Below are positions 49,163 to 61,479 of a stretch of 64,000 nt of DNA, one piece after another. The translations under genes and the position numbers were made by a program. Under the pieces are notes generated by a model. It was not told the DNA's origin. It did not search any database and saw nothing but the letters and a program-made list of their open reading frames with translations. Source of the DNA: Oikopleura dioica (taxonomy: Eukaryota; Animalia; Chordata); assembly GCA_907165135.1 (NCBI GenBank), contig OU015566.1:4712001-4776000 (forward strand). Direction: 5' to 3'. Numbering within the stretch: the stretch's first letter is position 1; each line of letters begins with the position of its first letter.

Positions 49163-49999
49163 TTGTATCTCCGGTTTTTTTTTCCTTGACTTGGCAATTT
49201 CAAATTTTGTTAGAAAAAAGTAAGCAAAGGTAAAAAATTATTACTCTTGAAATCCAACAAAACTTCAAGTTGGTTTAGAAACAAATTTTCTTAAGGGACC
49301 CCCCTTCGATAAATCGAAAATTTCAGGAGAGCCATATTTTTGGTTCTAAGTGCTTCTTGAGGTTAAATTAGGGTTTAACCTATTTATGGAAGTGATTTTA
49401 TGGATCAGGTCTTTGATTGGCCGGTTGGCCAAATACAGCAATCTTATTGGTCATCCTAAAATTCACTTCCTTTTCTTGGTTCGTGCCTATATTTTAGCGA
49501 TCGAAATACTTACGAAAGGGAGCTTTCAATAGAACTCATATTTCAAGGGCAACTAATACAATCTCTCTTGTGAGTGAAACTTGAACACGAATAATTACGA
49601 GAAGAATTATGATCTGAATGTCGCCCTTTTCGCGGATCAGGCGTCTTTTACGATTTCTATCCGCAGTCCTCCACCCGGTCTACTTGTCAAAACTCGTTAG
49701 TGGTTTGCTTTCTGTTGAAAATTAGCTCATTCGACAAGCTGTTAAAATGTGACTTAAAGTCTTTAAACAAGAAAATCACGGAAGAATTAACAAATAATTT
49801 TTTTATTAATCATTTCTTTTTTTTCAGTTTTTTTTTTTTGAGTTTTCAAAATTATCGTTTTTGAAACAAAAAATAAAGAAAATGGTTGCTAGGGAGTCTG
49901 ATTCCAAACACATAACGACTCATTCTTATTATCTTTCGCACGCTTTCTTTCAACCAAGGTATCTTCTTCCAGACGAAATAAGAGCGAGATTTGAAGAGG

Positions 50000-51990
50000 A
50001 TGGAGATCTTGAGCGTCGTCGTCGACAAAAAGGAAGCAGAAGCTATCGAGAGACGAAGACATAGAGAAGCACTTCGGCAGGAGCGAATTTTTAATGTGCG
50101 AGAAAGGTACTCAAAAAACGACCCAAAGTCTTGTCCTTATTTCCTCTTATTGAGCTATTTTATTGGCAGTTAAAATTTATAGCAAGATGTTTTTATAGAA
50201 TTTACTTCAAAAGCAAAGACAATAATTTCGTGGATGGTTTATGAACTGTCGGAAAGGTCGAAAGCCAAAATAAGAATTCTATTCACACTCTAGAACTGTT
50301 ACTTTAGGAACTTTAAGGGGGAGGTGTGAGGAAACGACAAAAAATTCCGATTTCAGATTCAGATTTTCAATGGAGATTTTCAACCTATCAGAAGCCATGA
50401 TAAGGCTTACCGGCCAATCAGCAGCCGAGAAACCGCCCACGCAAATGTTTCTAGATGTTTGTCAGTTCCTGACACCACCCCCTCTTTAGAGGGCCCTAAG
50501 GGGGTACGCCCCCCCTTATTGAGATCCTTTTAGGTTTGACCAAAAAGGGGGTGGACCGTACTGACCAGAGTGTAATATGTTCAATGTAAGGTGCTAAGTC
50601 GGGAAGAATACAGGTGAACAAGCTTCAAGGAAGGAGGATTAGACACCACGCTACCATGAATGCACGGAGATGCAACGGGCCCTCGAATATTGAACTTCTA
50701 TTTCAGAACGATGGGGGTTGATACTTCTGCCCTGGATCTCCAATCCGCCGAGCGCTCTCGAAGGGAAAAATTCGAGGATGAGCGTCACCAAGCATACGCC
50801 AAAGAAATGGTTCGAAACGACAAGCTCGCAACTTTGGCAAGCCTCCGCCACAACCAGGACCTGCGCGAAATGGCGAAAGAGCTCAACAACTTTCGCTTTC
50901 AAAATCAACGCGCAGACACGCGCCGGGAATGGGACTTGAATGATCCAGACGCGAAGCTGAAAGACAAACCAGCGAGAACGAGCGATTTTGATCGATCATT
51001 GGGACTTTCCGCCGCGCAAGTGTTTGATGGTCATTTTTTGAAATCAAGGAGGAGAGCTTTAACTTTGTTTAGGAGAAGATTTGGCGGCGAAATCGCGCCA
51101 AGAAGTTCAGAAAACGCAGCGAAATCAGTGGGCAGGTGCGCTTAGGAGCTTTTAATCCGCGATTAAGGCGATTCTAGAGGCGCAGAAGATCGAAAAAGAC
51201 TTCAAAACGCAAGTTGAAGAGTTCGAAAAGCACAAATTCGCACAACAACAATTGGAAAATATCGCCTCGTTTCAGAAAATGGAGGAAGAAGCAGAGTCGC
51301 AAAAAGCGGCTGAAAGAAAAGCTCTCCGAGATTTCAATCTTCAGGTTCAGATCGAAAAAATAATTTGAAATAAAATATGAATTTAGCAAGCGGAGGAAAG
51401 AAAACAACGAGAAGCAGAACGCGCCCAGCAGGATTTGCAAGATAAACTGACCGAAATTAAAAACAATATTTTCGGGGACACCCTAACCGAAAATCCGGCA
51501 GTGGCCATGTCTGCTTTTGGCTCTCATAGAGTCATAACTGACCGATGGAAGGTGAGAAATTGCTTTATTCTTCAATATAAATGAGAAAATAAGGGAATGT
51601 CTCCTGAACAAGTCGAAGAAATTCGCCGAATTCGTGAAAAGCAAATCGAGGAGAAACAAACCGAACAGACCATGCGAAAGACAATGGAAAGGCAGTGGGA
51701 TGATGAACGGATTCGACAGGCAAAGGTGGCGAAAACCGATAATTCTAGCTTTTTATGCGTTTTTAGACATCGACTTTGATGGAAAGAAGCTCGGCAAGAC
51801 AGCGCCGCGAGCAGCAGAAAAAACTCATCGAAGAAAATCGACGATTAGCGAAGGAACAGGCCGCGAAATTGAACCATCTTGACCACGAAGGTAGTTCTGA
51901 TCGTATTCTTCTTCCAAATGATGTTTTTTAGTTTATACAAATCCACCTACAGCTGCTTATTTTAATCAATTCAACACCACTTCTCGCTGA
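50000..51990 (+). CDS. RIBC2: RIB43A-like coiled-coil axonemal protein (RIBC1/2 family)
   Basis: KKEAEAIERRRHREALRQERIFNVRER|TMGVDTSALDLQ..REWDLNDPDAKLKDKPAR..GLSAAQVFDG..YFNQFNTTSR*. Confidence 0.9.
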
Positions 51991-52088
51991 TTTTTCTTTT
52001 TTCTATAATTTTTTGTCAATAAACCACTATAATCAAAAATTGCTAAAAGTCAGTTTTTTTATTTTTTTACAGTAATTGTCGATTTTGA

Positions 52089-54215
52089 TCAATGTTGATT
52101 TCCTGTAAACATGCCGATAATCCGTTGAAAAATCGTTTTTTCCTTTTGTTTCCAGCCAGAAGGATTTGGAAAGTAAAGAAAACTGCGCTCCTTTGCTTTC
52201 AAAAATCTTCGGCTGAAGAAAAAGAAGTAAATTTGCGCCGTGGAAGAGGCGAGAACGATTGCAAGTAAGACGCCGCTGGAAATGGTGAAATCGATGTCGC
52301 CATTCTTTTCCGCGATTATCGAGCTAGAGAATTTTTTGATGGAAAATAAGGGAATAGAAAATCTGTCAGGGTATAAAAATCAAAAATGAAAAGCCGCGTA
52401 GCGGCTTTTTTAAAAACGAAGCCGCAAAGCGGCTTCGCAATATTATTCTTCAATCTTATTTTTAATTTCTGGCGAAGCCGCTTCGCGGCTTCGTTTTTAA
52501 AAAAAAGCCGCTACGCGGCTTTTCATTTTCGTTTTATATCCTGACTCAGATTTTCTACTCAGGTTGGCGAGCTCAGTTTACCTGTAGAGAGGTGTGTTGA
52601 CGTAGTAGATCGGGAACATGATGAATTTGACGGCGAACAAGACTGGGACCATTTGAGCGGGGCAGAATTGATAGAGGAAGAGGATGTACCAGCTGTTGAG
52701 GTAAGTGAGGTGGAGGATCCAAAGAACAAGGGCGAGCGTGGAGTAGCCAGAAGAAGCAACTGGGATCGGAAACCATTGAAAGATGGTCATGGCGATGGCG
52801 AGAACTGTGATGATGATTGCCCGGCTGATAAGGGTATTGAGCTTGAATTTATGGGTAAAAATGATGGATACCGGTATTTTGTCTTACATTTTCTCGAAGC
52901 TGAGGGAGCGGATAGGACTTGGGATATCTCCCGACGCTCCATTTCAATTTCAACATCATGAGAATCGGCAACAGGGGCGAAAGAATTTGAAGATAGCCAA
53001 GAGAATCCATCGTTTGCGACTTCAGGGCGTGAATGTTCTCTTGACAAGTGATGTTTCCTTTGCAGTCGATCACGTGGCTGTCGAAACCACGGTTCATCCA
53101 GGGCACCATCCAGCCGATGAAAGTATAGCTGCGGAAGAAGCCGCAAATGTCCCAGATTGAAAGGGCGATGTTCATCGGGTGAAAAATGTATGGCAGGTAT
53201 TGGCGCCAAGTCGGAGCCTGGACTTTCTCTTCGGCTTCTTTCTCCGCGCCAATCCGTTTCCAACTTAGAGCTCGCCCAACAAGAGAGCTTCGGAAGATGC
53301 AATAATCGTCTGGAACGTCTTTTGGGATCGTTTCGAAGGGGAAGAGGAAGAGGGTGCGAATTGTTATCATGATGGAAAGGATCGCGATGATGAAGATATA
53401 GGAGTCAAGCGGGTAGTCTCTTGACTGATATGCCAGCTTTCCATACCAAAAAGTCGCGCCTAAATTTTTTTTATAATTTTTTCAATTTTTTTTTTTTGAA
53501 TTTTTCAAATTTTTTTAAGTCAATTTTTTCAAGTTTTTTTCATGATTTTTCAATTTTTTATGATTTTTTTTCAAATTATTTTAATTTTTTTTCCAAATTT
53601 TTTCAAAATTTTGTTTATTATTTTTCCATTTTTTTAATAACTCTTTCAAATTTTTCATTAATTTTTTCAATTTTTTTTTTTCAGTTTCACTCACCTGAGG
53701 CGACAACCATCGCCGATAAAAACAAGACCACATATGAAGAATTCTTCTTAAAAATCGGCCCGATCATGGTATTCAACGGAATCCACATGATGACCCCCGT
53801 CGAGCTCAAAATCATTCCAGCAAAGAAGAAATAAGGACTCGTCTTGTAAAAACTAATGCAAAAGAGCCCCGCTGTCATGAGCAATCCAAGGATGAGACGG
53901 ACAAATGCACCGCCGATTTTGAGGTAAAGAAAGCCGAAGAAAAATGAACCGCCGTTGATTGCTAGAAACATCGAACTCTAAAAAGGGATAGAAAGATTGG
54001 AAAAATTGGATGCTTACGTAAATGTCTCCGAAAACAGCTTTTGCTTCCTCGCAATAGACGTCGTTGATGATGTCTTTTTCGCTGCACTTTTCGTTCATGA
54101 AAAGCTTCTCTTCTTCAAAAATAAACTGAATCATTGGAAAACCTCGAGTTATCATCGGAAACAAAAAGACTTCGATTCCTCCCAAGACCAAGGAGAGGTA
54201 ATTGAAAAAACTCAT
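52089..54215 (-). CDS. MFS transporter, SLC43 (LAT3/4, SLC43A3)-like
   Basis: Multi-TM exons: GFPMIQFIFEEEKLFMNEKC..C..F, FFFGFLYLKIGGAFVRLI, YTFIGWMVPWM, VAPLAMVFSGFRSQLL. Subfamily call is from memory. Confidence 0.7.
52382..52567. mobile_element. Palindromic AAAAGCCGCGTAGCGGCTTTT element with a degenerate CCTGAGTCAGG-family end (intronic)
   Basis: Nested hairpins gccgcgtagcggc, gccgcaaagcggc and their mirror copies. Ends caggttggcgagctcag. Confidence 0.75.
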
Positions 54216-54486
54216 TTTTTTTAATTTCTTTTCCGAAAATGCCGAAATCGGGGAATATAAATATGGGGAAGAATATGGGTCATAAAATGTACGCCCATGT
54301 TTTTGAGCTCGTAGACTTAGAAAGATTTGTATCTTTATTTCGGCTTATTTGATCGAAATTGTTTTTCATCTAAATTAGACTTGATGATGCAGAACACAAG
54401 CGGAAATGGCTCAAAATCAAGGCAATTAATTGATGTTTTTTCTGTTCTGAAAAAAAATAAAGGCTATGTAACATAGCCTATGTTAC

Positions 54487-54650
54487 AAATGCCAAATGTC
54501 AAATGTCAAATGTCAAATTTTTATTTCAAATGTCAAATGTCAAATGTCAAATGTCAAAATTTTATGTCAAATGTCAAATGTAAATGTCAAATGTCAAATG
54601 TCAATGTCAAATGTCAAATGTCAAATGTCAATGTCAAATGTCAAATGTCT
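54487..54650. repeat. (AAATGTC)n 7-bp array bracketed by CTATGTAACATAG palindromes
   Basis: Read directly. Explains ORF 54496..54900. Confidence 0.92.
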
Positions 54651-54682
54651 ATGTAACATAGCAGAATTATCCGTTTATTTAA

Positions 54683-54795
54683 GGGTACTACCTTCGATTT
54701 CCCCAATTACCGAAAATGCTAATTATTTCATCGGAAACGTGATTCTTCATCAAATTCTGGCCCAAAAAAAGTGGGGGAAATCGAAGGTAGTACCC
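54683..54795. mobile_element. TTAA-flanked MITE with 25-bp TIR gggtactaccttcgatttcccc
   Basis: ttaa|gggtactaccttcgatttcccc...ggggaaatcgaaggtagtaccc|ttaa. Confidence 0.85.
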
Positions 54796-54992
54796 TTAAA
54801 TACAAATGCAAGATGGAGAAAAAATTCTCGTTCTAAAATCCATTCCGTAAAAAAACGTGGCCATGTAACTCGAGCGATATTATTCCGCGTAATCTTATGA
54901 ATACAATCCTAAAAAGGATTTTCCACCGTCCGAGGGAGAAGTAGAGAGACTCGAATACGATTTTGCTCTTTCACTTTTTTCTTTTTTTGAAA

Positions 54993-56043
54993 ATGAAAAT
55001 TTTTGGTTCCTTTTTGGCCTTCGCCGCGGCTCAAGAGAATTGTGATGGAATTCCGAAGCCGAAATGGGTGGCTAGAAAAGCGGCGCAGAATTTGTTCAGG
55101 AATTGATGAAGACATTTGACATTTGAAATTTGAAATTTGTTAATTGACATTTGACATTTGACATTTAACATTTGGCATTTGACATTTGAAATTTGACATT
55201 TGACAATTGACAATTGACATTTGACATTTTAATTTGACATTTGACATTAAAATTTGACATTGACATTGATTTAAGAAATATTATGAAAAAAAATTCATCC
55301 TAAAAAAGATCGGATTCAACGACCATTATCGGCGTAAAACTTGCCAACTATCGATTTCCAACTATCGAGCTGAGGTAAATCATTCCCATTTCCAGTAGCT
55401 GATTCTCAACTGAATTCTAGAGACGAGAAATACAGAGGATTCATGGTCTTTACCGAAAACGTCTGCGGCGCTGATTTTACTTCGAAACTTGCGAGTGGAG
55501 AAGTTCAAGTTGATTTGATGGATGCTACAGGCTCGAGTTTGAATAAGACATCGAGAAAATTCTAGAGCCAGAATTGAAAACCTCGAAAAAAGATGCGTAC
55601 GAAATAACGGATGTTCTGTTCAAAGAAGATGGTCGCTACTCCTACACTGGCTTTGGCTACCGCCTCAAGGTTGATTTCTTTCTTTTCTTTTTCGAAGTCG
55701 ATCTTGAATTCTAGAGCATCGTGAACAAAGATTACCCGTTCAAGGAGAAGAAGAGCTTCGTAAAGAAAATCGGGGCATATGACCAAGTTCAGATTCTTTT
55801 CAAAGGACTTGACAAAGTCACTTGGGAATCAAACCAGGTAGCGACTGATCTTTCTTTTCTCGGATTAATGATTGATGATCAAAGGATAATTGTCTCCTGC
55901 GAGTGGCAGCGGGATTCTTGCCAGAGGATGACGATTACCCTGAGAATCTGACGGAATGCGTCTTTGAGAAGAAGCGATTCTTGATGGCGCCTCCTGCGAT
56001 TGCTGATGGAGGCTTCTCTCTTGATCTCATCAAATATTTCTGA
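54993..56043 (+). CDS. Secreted protein of an unknown lineage-specific family (5 exons)
   Basis: MKIFGSFLAFAAAQENC..NLFR|SDSTTIIGVKLANYRFPTIELR|DEKYRGFMVFTENVCGADF.. Needs a GA-AG first intron and one indel near 55556-55561. Confidence 0.7.
55100..55308 (+). other. GA-AG intron containing a (GACATTT)n array
   Basis: ttcag|gaattg...taaaaaag|atcgg keeps the frame. The upstream GT donor leads to a stop in exon 3. Confidence 0.7.
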
Positions 56044-56419
56044 GCATCAATAAAACATCTGAGAACAGAAAACTAATCTTTTTTATCAAAAAAAAGGAAA
56101 ATGATCATTTTATTACCGATTACCTAGAAAAAATCCGAAAAAGCGACACCTAGCGAACAGATTTTCCTAATTTTTTCTTCGCCGGAGGACCCCTTCGCTG
56201 GAAGAATTCTGAAATTGAAGAAGAAAATTCTCTTCCTTTTTTGCTGAGTCAAAATTTTTCCCTTGATCTTGCTGGCAAAACCACGTTTCTAATTGAGTGC
56301 CTCCACTAACTTCTTGAACACATCAATCGGACCTCATCCTTTTTCTCACAAAGGTCATGCGGTCGCACTCACGTTTAAAATTGTTCATCAGCAGTTAGAG
56401 CTACCATAGACTACAAAAA

Positions 56420-57051
56420 ATGAAGATTTTCAACATTTTTTCTCGATGGCTTTTGCCCAAGAAGGTAGCGGTGAGGGCAGTGGCGATGAATTCATGACCA
56501 CGGCAGCGACGACGACAACGACAACGACGAGGAGAACGATTCGAAGGGGGCCAATACCTGTCGAATTTGCGATCATTTATCAGAAGAGGAATGCAGAGCT
56601 TCTCAGGTGCGATTCGAGAAGAGAGGATTTGATAGGCTCTTCTTGAAATATTATTGACCGATTATTTCAGGTTTTTCACGAGTGCGGAATCGGTATGACC
56701 TGCGAAGTCACTTACATAGCCATGATGAACGGAAAACAAATGTACACATCCCGTAAGTCAACTGTTTCCAATCCCCTTTTCAAATTCTCCCTCTCAGATT
56801 GCCGAAACGCCGATTCCTGTGAAACGCAACAAGAGCAAAATTTCAACGGCGTGTCAAAAATGCGGAACAGCTGCGTCTCATCAAACTACTTTGGTCGTTA
56901 CGTCCAGCAGAGTACCTGTACTGTCTGCGTTCCACCTAATCCATTAGGCGGTATTTTCACTCATCCGGGCGGATTTGTCTTGAATATTCCTACTTTTTGG
57001 GCGACTACTGAGCCGGAGACGTTTATGGAAGCAATTAAAATGTACCTGTAA
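56420..57051 (+). CDS. Secreted Thr-rich protein with a Cys-rich domain
   Basis: Signal (one T-run indel at 56436-56441), EGSGEGSGDE, poly-Thr, then CGIGMTCEV..DCRNADSC..CTVCVPP. Confidence 0.6.
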
Positions 57052-57266
57052 AAAAATAACCAAAAATAAACGAAAAAAACAATTTTCTTCTTGCTTTTTT
57101 TCGTTGTTGTTTTGAACCCTCAAATTAAATCCGAGTCGAAACCGTGAAAAAAGGGATGAGAAGTTTGCATTCGTCTCCCATCCATTATCTCACTTATTTC
57201 GTTCTCATCCGTTTCCACAAGTTACTTACGCATATTGGGCTGCATCAAGCGTGCTACAATCCCGCA

Positions 57267-57276
57267 TATATAAAAG
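57267..57276 (+). promoter_or_regulatory. TATA box (TATATAAAAG) about 60 nt upstream of the small secreted peptide gene
   Basis: Consensus match and position. Confidence 0.55.
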
Positions 57277-57333
57277 GGCGACGGTTCATTCCATCTTCAT
57301 CAAAACAAAGAAAACAGAAAAATCTTCAAAAAA

Positions 57334-57747
57334 ATGAAAATCTTTTCGCTTTTTGCCGCCGTTCTTGGCGCCGATTTTAGCACGATGCATATTCCAAATG
57401 CAGGTAAAACTACTAAAAATAACATTTTTGCTCATTTTCTTCAATATTTTTATTTAATTTATACTCATAATTGAACAAATTTTAGTTCGTCGGGGATTTT
57501 CACCATATTCAATGCTGATGAAAAATAATTATTTCAAACGATCAATCGATGACTCAGGTAAGTTACGTCGAAAGATGAATTTCGATTTAAGGCAGTGACA
57601 CCCTTATTTTATTCCTCGAATAAACCAGCCTCTTTAGATACCAACCAGCTGAACGAAGATTGGCAAACGCTTTTCAACTCTGCCAGCTCTGACGAACAAC
57701 TTCGACTCAACGCAATGCTCAACCGGTTCAATGGATATTTACAGTAG
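57334..57747 (+). CDS. Candidate prepro-peptide (about 84 aa, 3 exons)
   Basis: MKIFSLFAAVLGADFSTMHIPNA|VRR-GFSPYSMLMKNNYF-KR-SIDDS|DTNQLNEDWQTLFNSASSDEQLRLNAMLNRFNGYLQ*. Canonical introns 57404-57485 and 57558-57637. Confidence 0.7.
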
Positions 57748-57843
57748 CTTTGATTCAATTATCTGATTCTTTTTGATTTCCTTTTATTGTACGTCGGAAT
57801 TTATTAAACATTAAAATCTTCTCTATGTTATTGTCAATTTTAT

Positions 57844-57954
57844 GGGGTGGTGTCGGCTGCTGATTGGCCGATTTGCCGAATCAAGGTTTCTGATTGGTCG
57901 AAAATTTCCATGGAAAATTTTTCGGGATTTTTTTTCGATTCTTGACACCTCCCC
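57844..57954. mobile_element. GGGGTGGTGTC...GACACCTCCCC MITE with two ATTGG boxes; relatives at about 21715-21850 and 50321-50485
   Basis: Shared core cggctgctgattggcc..gaatc.agg.ttctgattgg..gaaaattt in all three copies. Confidence 0.8.
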
Positions 57955-58128
57955 AATTTTATGTTCATAAATCGTTTTTTTCGGCATTTTTTTTTCGTTG
58001 GTTTAAAAATTGGTGCATAGACTTTTTTGCATATTTCGAACTCAGCGCAAGTTTCTTCAAATATTTGCCCATGCAGATTTTTGCAGATTTTCGATTTAAC
58101 CAAGATTGAAAATTTTCAGAAAAAAAAC

Positions 58129-59016
58129 ATGATTCTTTTTCCCTTTTTATTCTTCCAGCTAGTTTTTTCGGAGGAAAAGAGAAAAGTCCTTGTTGATTGC
58201 GACCCAGGAATAGACGATGGCCTTGCTCTTCAGTCGTCGCAGTGACGATTGTCGACGGAAACACAAAGACCTCCCAAGGTGCTGCGAATGCTCTCCGACT
58301 TTTCAAGAGCCACGGGGTTGATCCAATCCCACCAATCTTCCTCGGCTCCGACAAAAACACCTCCAGCGATGATTGGTTTGGAAAAGACGGCTTTGGCGAC
58401 CGGCAAGATCTCGAACCGATGATTTTTAAAGAAGACATCGATCAGGGAAAATACCCAGAAGTCAGAAAAGACAAGTCGGCAGCAGAAGCAATCGTTGATT
58501 TTTCTCGAGAAATCGTCGATCTGTCGATTCTAGCGCTTCGGCCACTGTCGAACATTGCCGCGGCGGTTGAAATTGACTCAAAAATAGCCGAGAGAGTGAA
58601 AGAATTGACGATCATGGGTGGCAATTTGTACGGATCTGGCAACGCGCCCGGACAAGCGGCCGAGTATAACTTTTGGTTCGATCATCTAGCAGCGGAAAAA
58701 GTTATTTCAAGGAAAAGGGACGAAGATTTTTTGAACAAAAAAATTTCATTAAGCTTCTTTTTGACTAAGCCAAATAGGGAAGAGCATTTTCAAATTACCA
58801 ATAAGATTGCTGTATTTGTCCTCCCGACCAATCAAAAGCCTGCTCCATTAAATTTTTATCCCAAGAAAGTTTTCTTCCGAAAATGACTCCAAAAATAATC
58901 ACGATGGAACTAGCCACCTCTCATCCCCTTCCCATCTCTTTCTGGGAAAACATGGAAAGCGATTTTCTAAAAGAAATATCAAAACTCGACGCCGAAATGT
59001 CTTATCGTAACTCTAG
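58129..59016 (+). pseudogene. Inosine-uridine preferring nucleoside hydrolase, internally deleted and apparently lacking its 3' part
   Basis: VLVDCDPGIDDGLAL, TIVDGNT, WFGKDGFGD, PLSNIAAA, IMGGN..GNAP..AEYNFWFD. Frameshift with about 10 aa missing at 58231-58233. No C-terminal exon recognised after 59017. Confidence 0.65.
58712..58869 (+). other. GA-AG intron in the nucleoside hydrolase gene
   Basis: tcaag|gaaaag...caagaaag|ttttc joins AAEKVIS to SFLPKMTPK in frame. The GT alternative deletes conserved WFD.LAA. Confidence 0.6.
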
Positions 59017-59313
59017 GTATAGAGTGGAAACAGTGGCCCTCCTTAGTTTAGTTTGGCCCCTTCCCCTATTTTCCCTGACCCATTCTCCTTTTCCTGTTTC
59101 CTGTTTCTCACCTCAACATCGGCGCTTATAACCAAGCCGCCTCTTTCTCTCTAAACATTACCATTCAACCATACCACATCATCACTTCCAAGTCACACCA
59201 ATAAACTACACTTTTTACCATGAGTTACGACGTTTATCTTCCCATTATATACTTGTGAACATTCGGTTGTTAGTTAGTTATCCTCTCATTCCGACCAATG
59301 TTTCCACAATATA

Positions 59314-60036
59314 CTAGGGTCGGCACCGACCCGACCAAAAAACCCGACCTGGTCGGAAATGGCCGAACCGACCATGGTTGGTCGGTTTTTGGTCGGTTTT
59401 AACCTACGCATTTGTGCGATTCATTCAATTCTCTCCGGCAAAGAAGAAAAAATTGACGGCGAGTCCGCGCTAAAGCTCTTGAAAATCTTACTTTTCAGGG
59501 CAGATCTACTGCAACAGTAAAATGCTTCAATTTGAGGGCCTCGAGCGCTGTCTATAATCTGCTCTTTTTGCCTTGGCACATTTTTCTTGACTATATTTTG
59601 AGTAGACTTCTGTGAAGTATGGTCAGATTAAATTATTTTAGCTCTCAGAATAAAAATCTACAAAAAAATACTCTTCAAGGAAAGTTTTTTTGTGAAATTT
59701 CAATTTTTTCCTCTTTTAAAACTTCACGTTGGAGTTTATCCTCGATATGGCTTTCTCACAACAAGCGTTGCTCGAAATTGGTGCTAGGAACAGTCTACGT
59801 AGGACATCGCAGCAGGTTGCGCTTGTCGGTGGGCCCGTTGAATCCTATTTGCACAGCTTGACACCTTGCCTGTACTTGGCCACTGCGAGTTTTCAGCAAC
59901 AACTCAAAGCGGAGAACCCCTTGAAAAACCGACCAAAAAAGCCGGCCCGACCGACCAAACCGACCACGGATTCGGCCTCTTTTCACGGGGACCGACCAAA
60001 CCGACCATGAAAAATGGTGGTCGGTGCCGACCCTAG
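59314..60036. mobile_element. 723-bp non-autonomous element with ctagggtcggcaccgacc TIRs and CCGACC subrepeats
   Basis: 18-bp TIRs, related to the 13610 element termini. No TSD match (acaatata vs acgtaact). Confidence 0.85.
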
Positions 60037-61479
60037 ACGTAACTATGTAAATTTTTGTGAAAAACTTGCTCTGATGAAAAACCAGTCTAGTACTTTTTCT
60101 TCGTGAGTTTTCACGATCGCCCCGAGGCTCGGTTTACTTTCGATGATCGTTCGTTTGTACCGTAGTCTTTCCAAGACTTTGACGGCTTTAGTGTTATGTA
60201 ATCTCAATATCATGAAAGTAGGGCTTGCTAAAGATGGTACGATCTTTTCAATGAGCGTTGATTCAAAGTGGCTGAGTCAAGTCGCCTTTCCAAAAAGTGC
60301 CGTTTATTTTCATGCAAAATAGCGTGCACTTGCAACCGACTAGTTCTTCGTAAAAGAGAGTTTGTTATCCGCATATGCACTTCGTAATTCGAAAGTTCGA
60401 AAATGCTGAGCTAGTGCCCCGCCAGAGCGGCGGCAAATTGAATTAGTAAGTTGCTCTCAAGTCAAGTTTCTCTGTTTTGCCTCAAACTTCGAGGTCTCAG
60501 TTTTTCTTTCGTTTTCGATCGCTTTCCATTTGTAAAACTCTGAACCATAAATAACCAATGCAAAAAATAGACAGAAACTGCTCTAATAACAATCTATCAT
60601 CCTATCACGGGAGCGCGGGAGCCCCATTTTCGTTTTCCCAACTTCCCGAAATATGCATCCATTTTTCTTGATTTTTCAGTCTCTAGATGTTTTCGTACCT
60701 GCTGATTCCAAATATGACAGAAAAATTGGCAAAAAAATATTGAATGTTATGAAAAACATAGAATTTATCTTTAAAAGATGCAAAATGTATAGTGCTCGTC
60801 TTTGCTCGTCATTCTTTTTTCGATATGTTCTCTGTCAGACCCTTCTGCTTAATCTCTCAAAAAATAAATTTACTTGGTTCTACTAGTCGGCCACAATCAT
60901 CAGATAAGTAAGTAAAAGTGACGGCGCGCTAGTGCTTTACACGCTGCGCGGGGAGCCCGAAAAGCATTAGCGCGCGCCATACTCTCAGTGGGTGCTTGCT
61001 TTGACCCAGTACTGGGGATCAGATGCAAACAATACCGGGTGATTAACACAAAAAAGTTCCCAGAAGTCCTAAGCTTCATGTTTGAAAAGAAATATTCGAA
61101 AAATAATAAGCAAGTGACCCAGAAAACTCGGGTGAAAAATCAGTCAGCTTTAAGAGTAGTCTTAAGCTTGTCTTCCGCAGCATTTTCCGATCAAAAAGAT
61201 TTTGGTATCATCAGAATCAGCAGAAAAATTCATACTTATGAGGAAATTTTTACGAAAATCGAAGGGCAATCGTTTTCCCGTGAAAGTCCCTAGTTATTGA
61301 AAATATGTTATGGCTTGTGGAGTCGCCGCCAGAGCGGCGGGCAAATTGAGTTAGTAAGTTGCTCGAAAGAAAAAGAGAAATTTTTTTTCAAATTTTTGTA
61401 GGAGAATTTTTCAATAATAATATTCCCGGGAAGGTGGAGCGGAGCTCGAAGGGACATCCTTATTCAAAATGGCGGCTAA

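Noticed and set aside
59400-59960. Transposase remnant inside the 59314-60036 element
   Set aside because: No recognisable DDE or hATC motifs in the frames examined.
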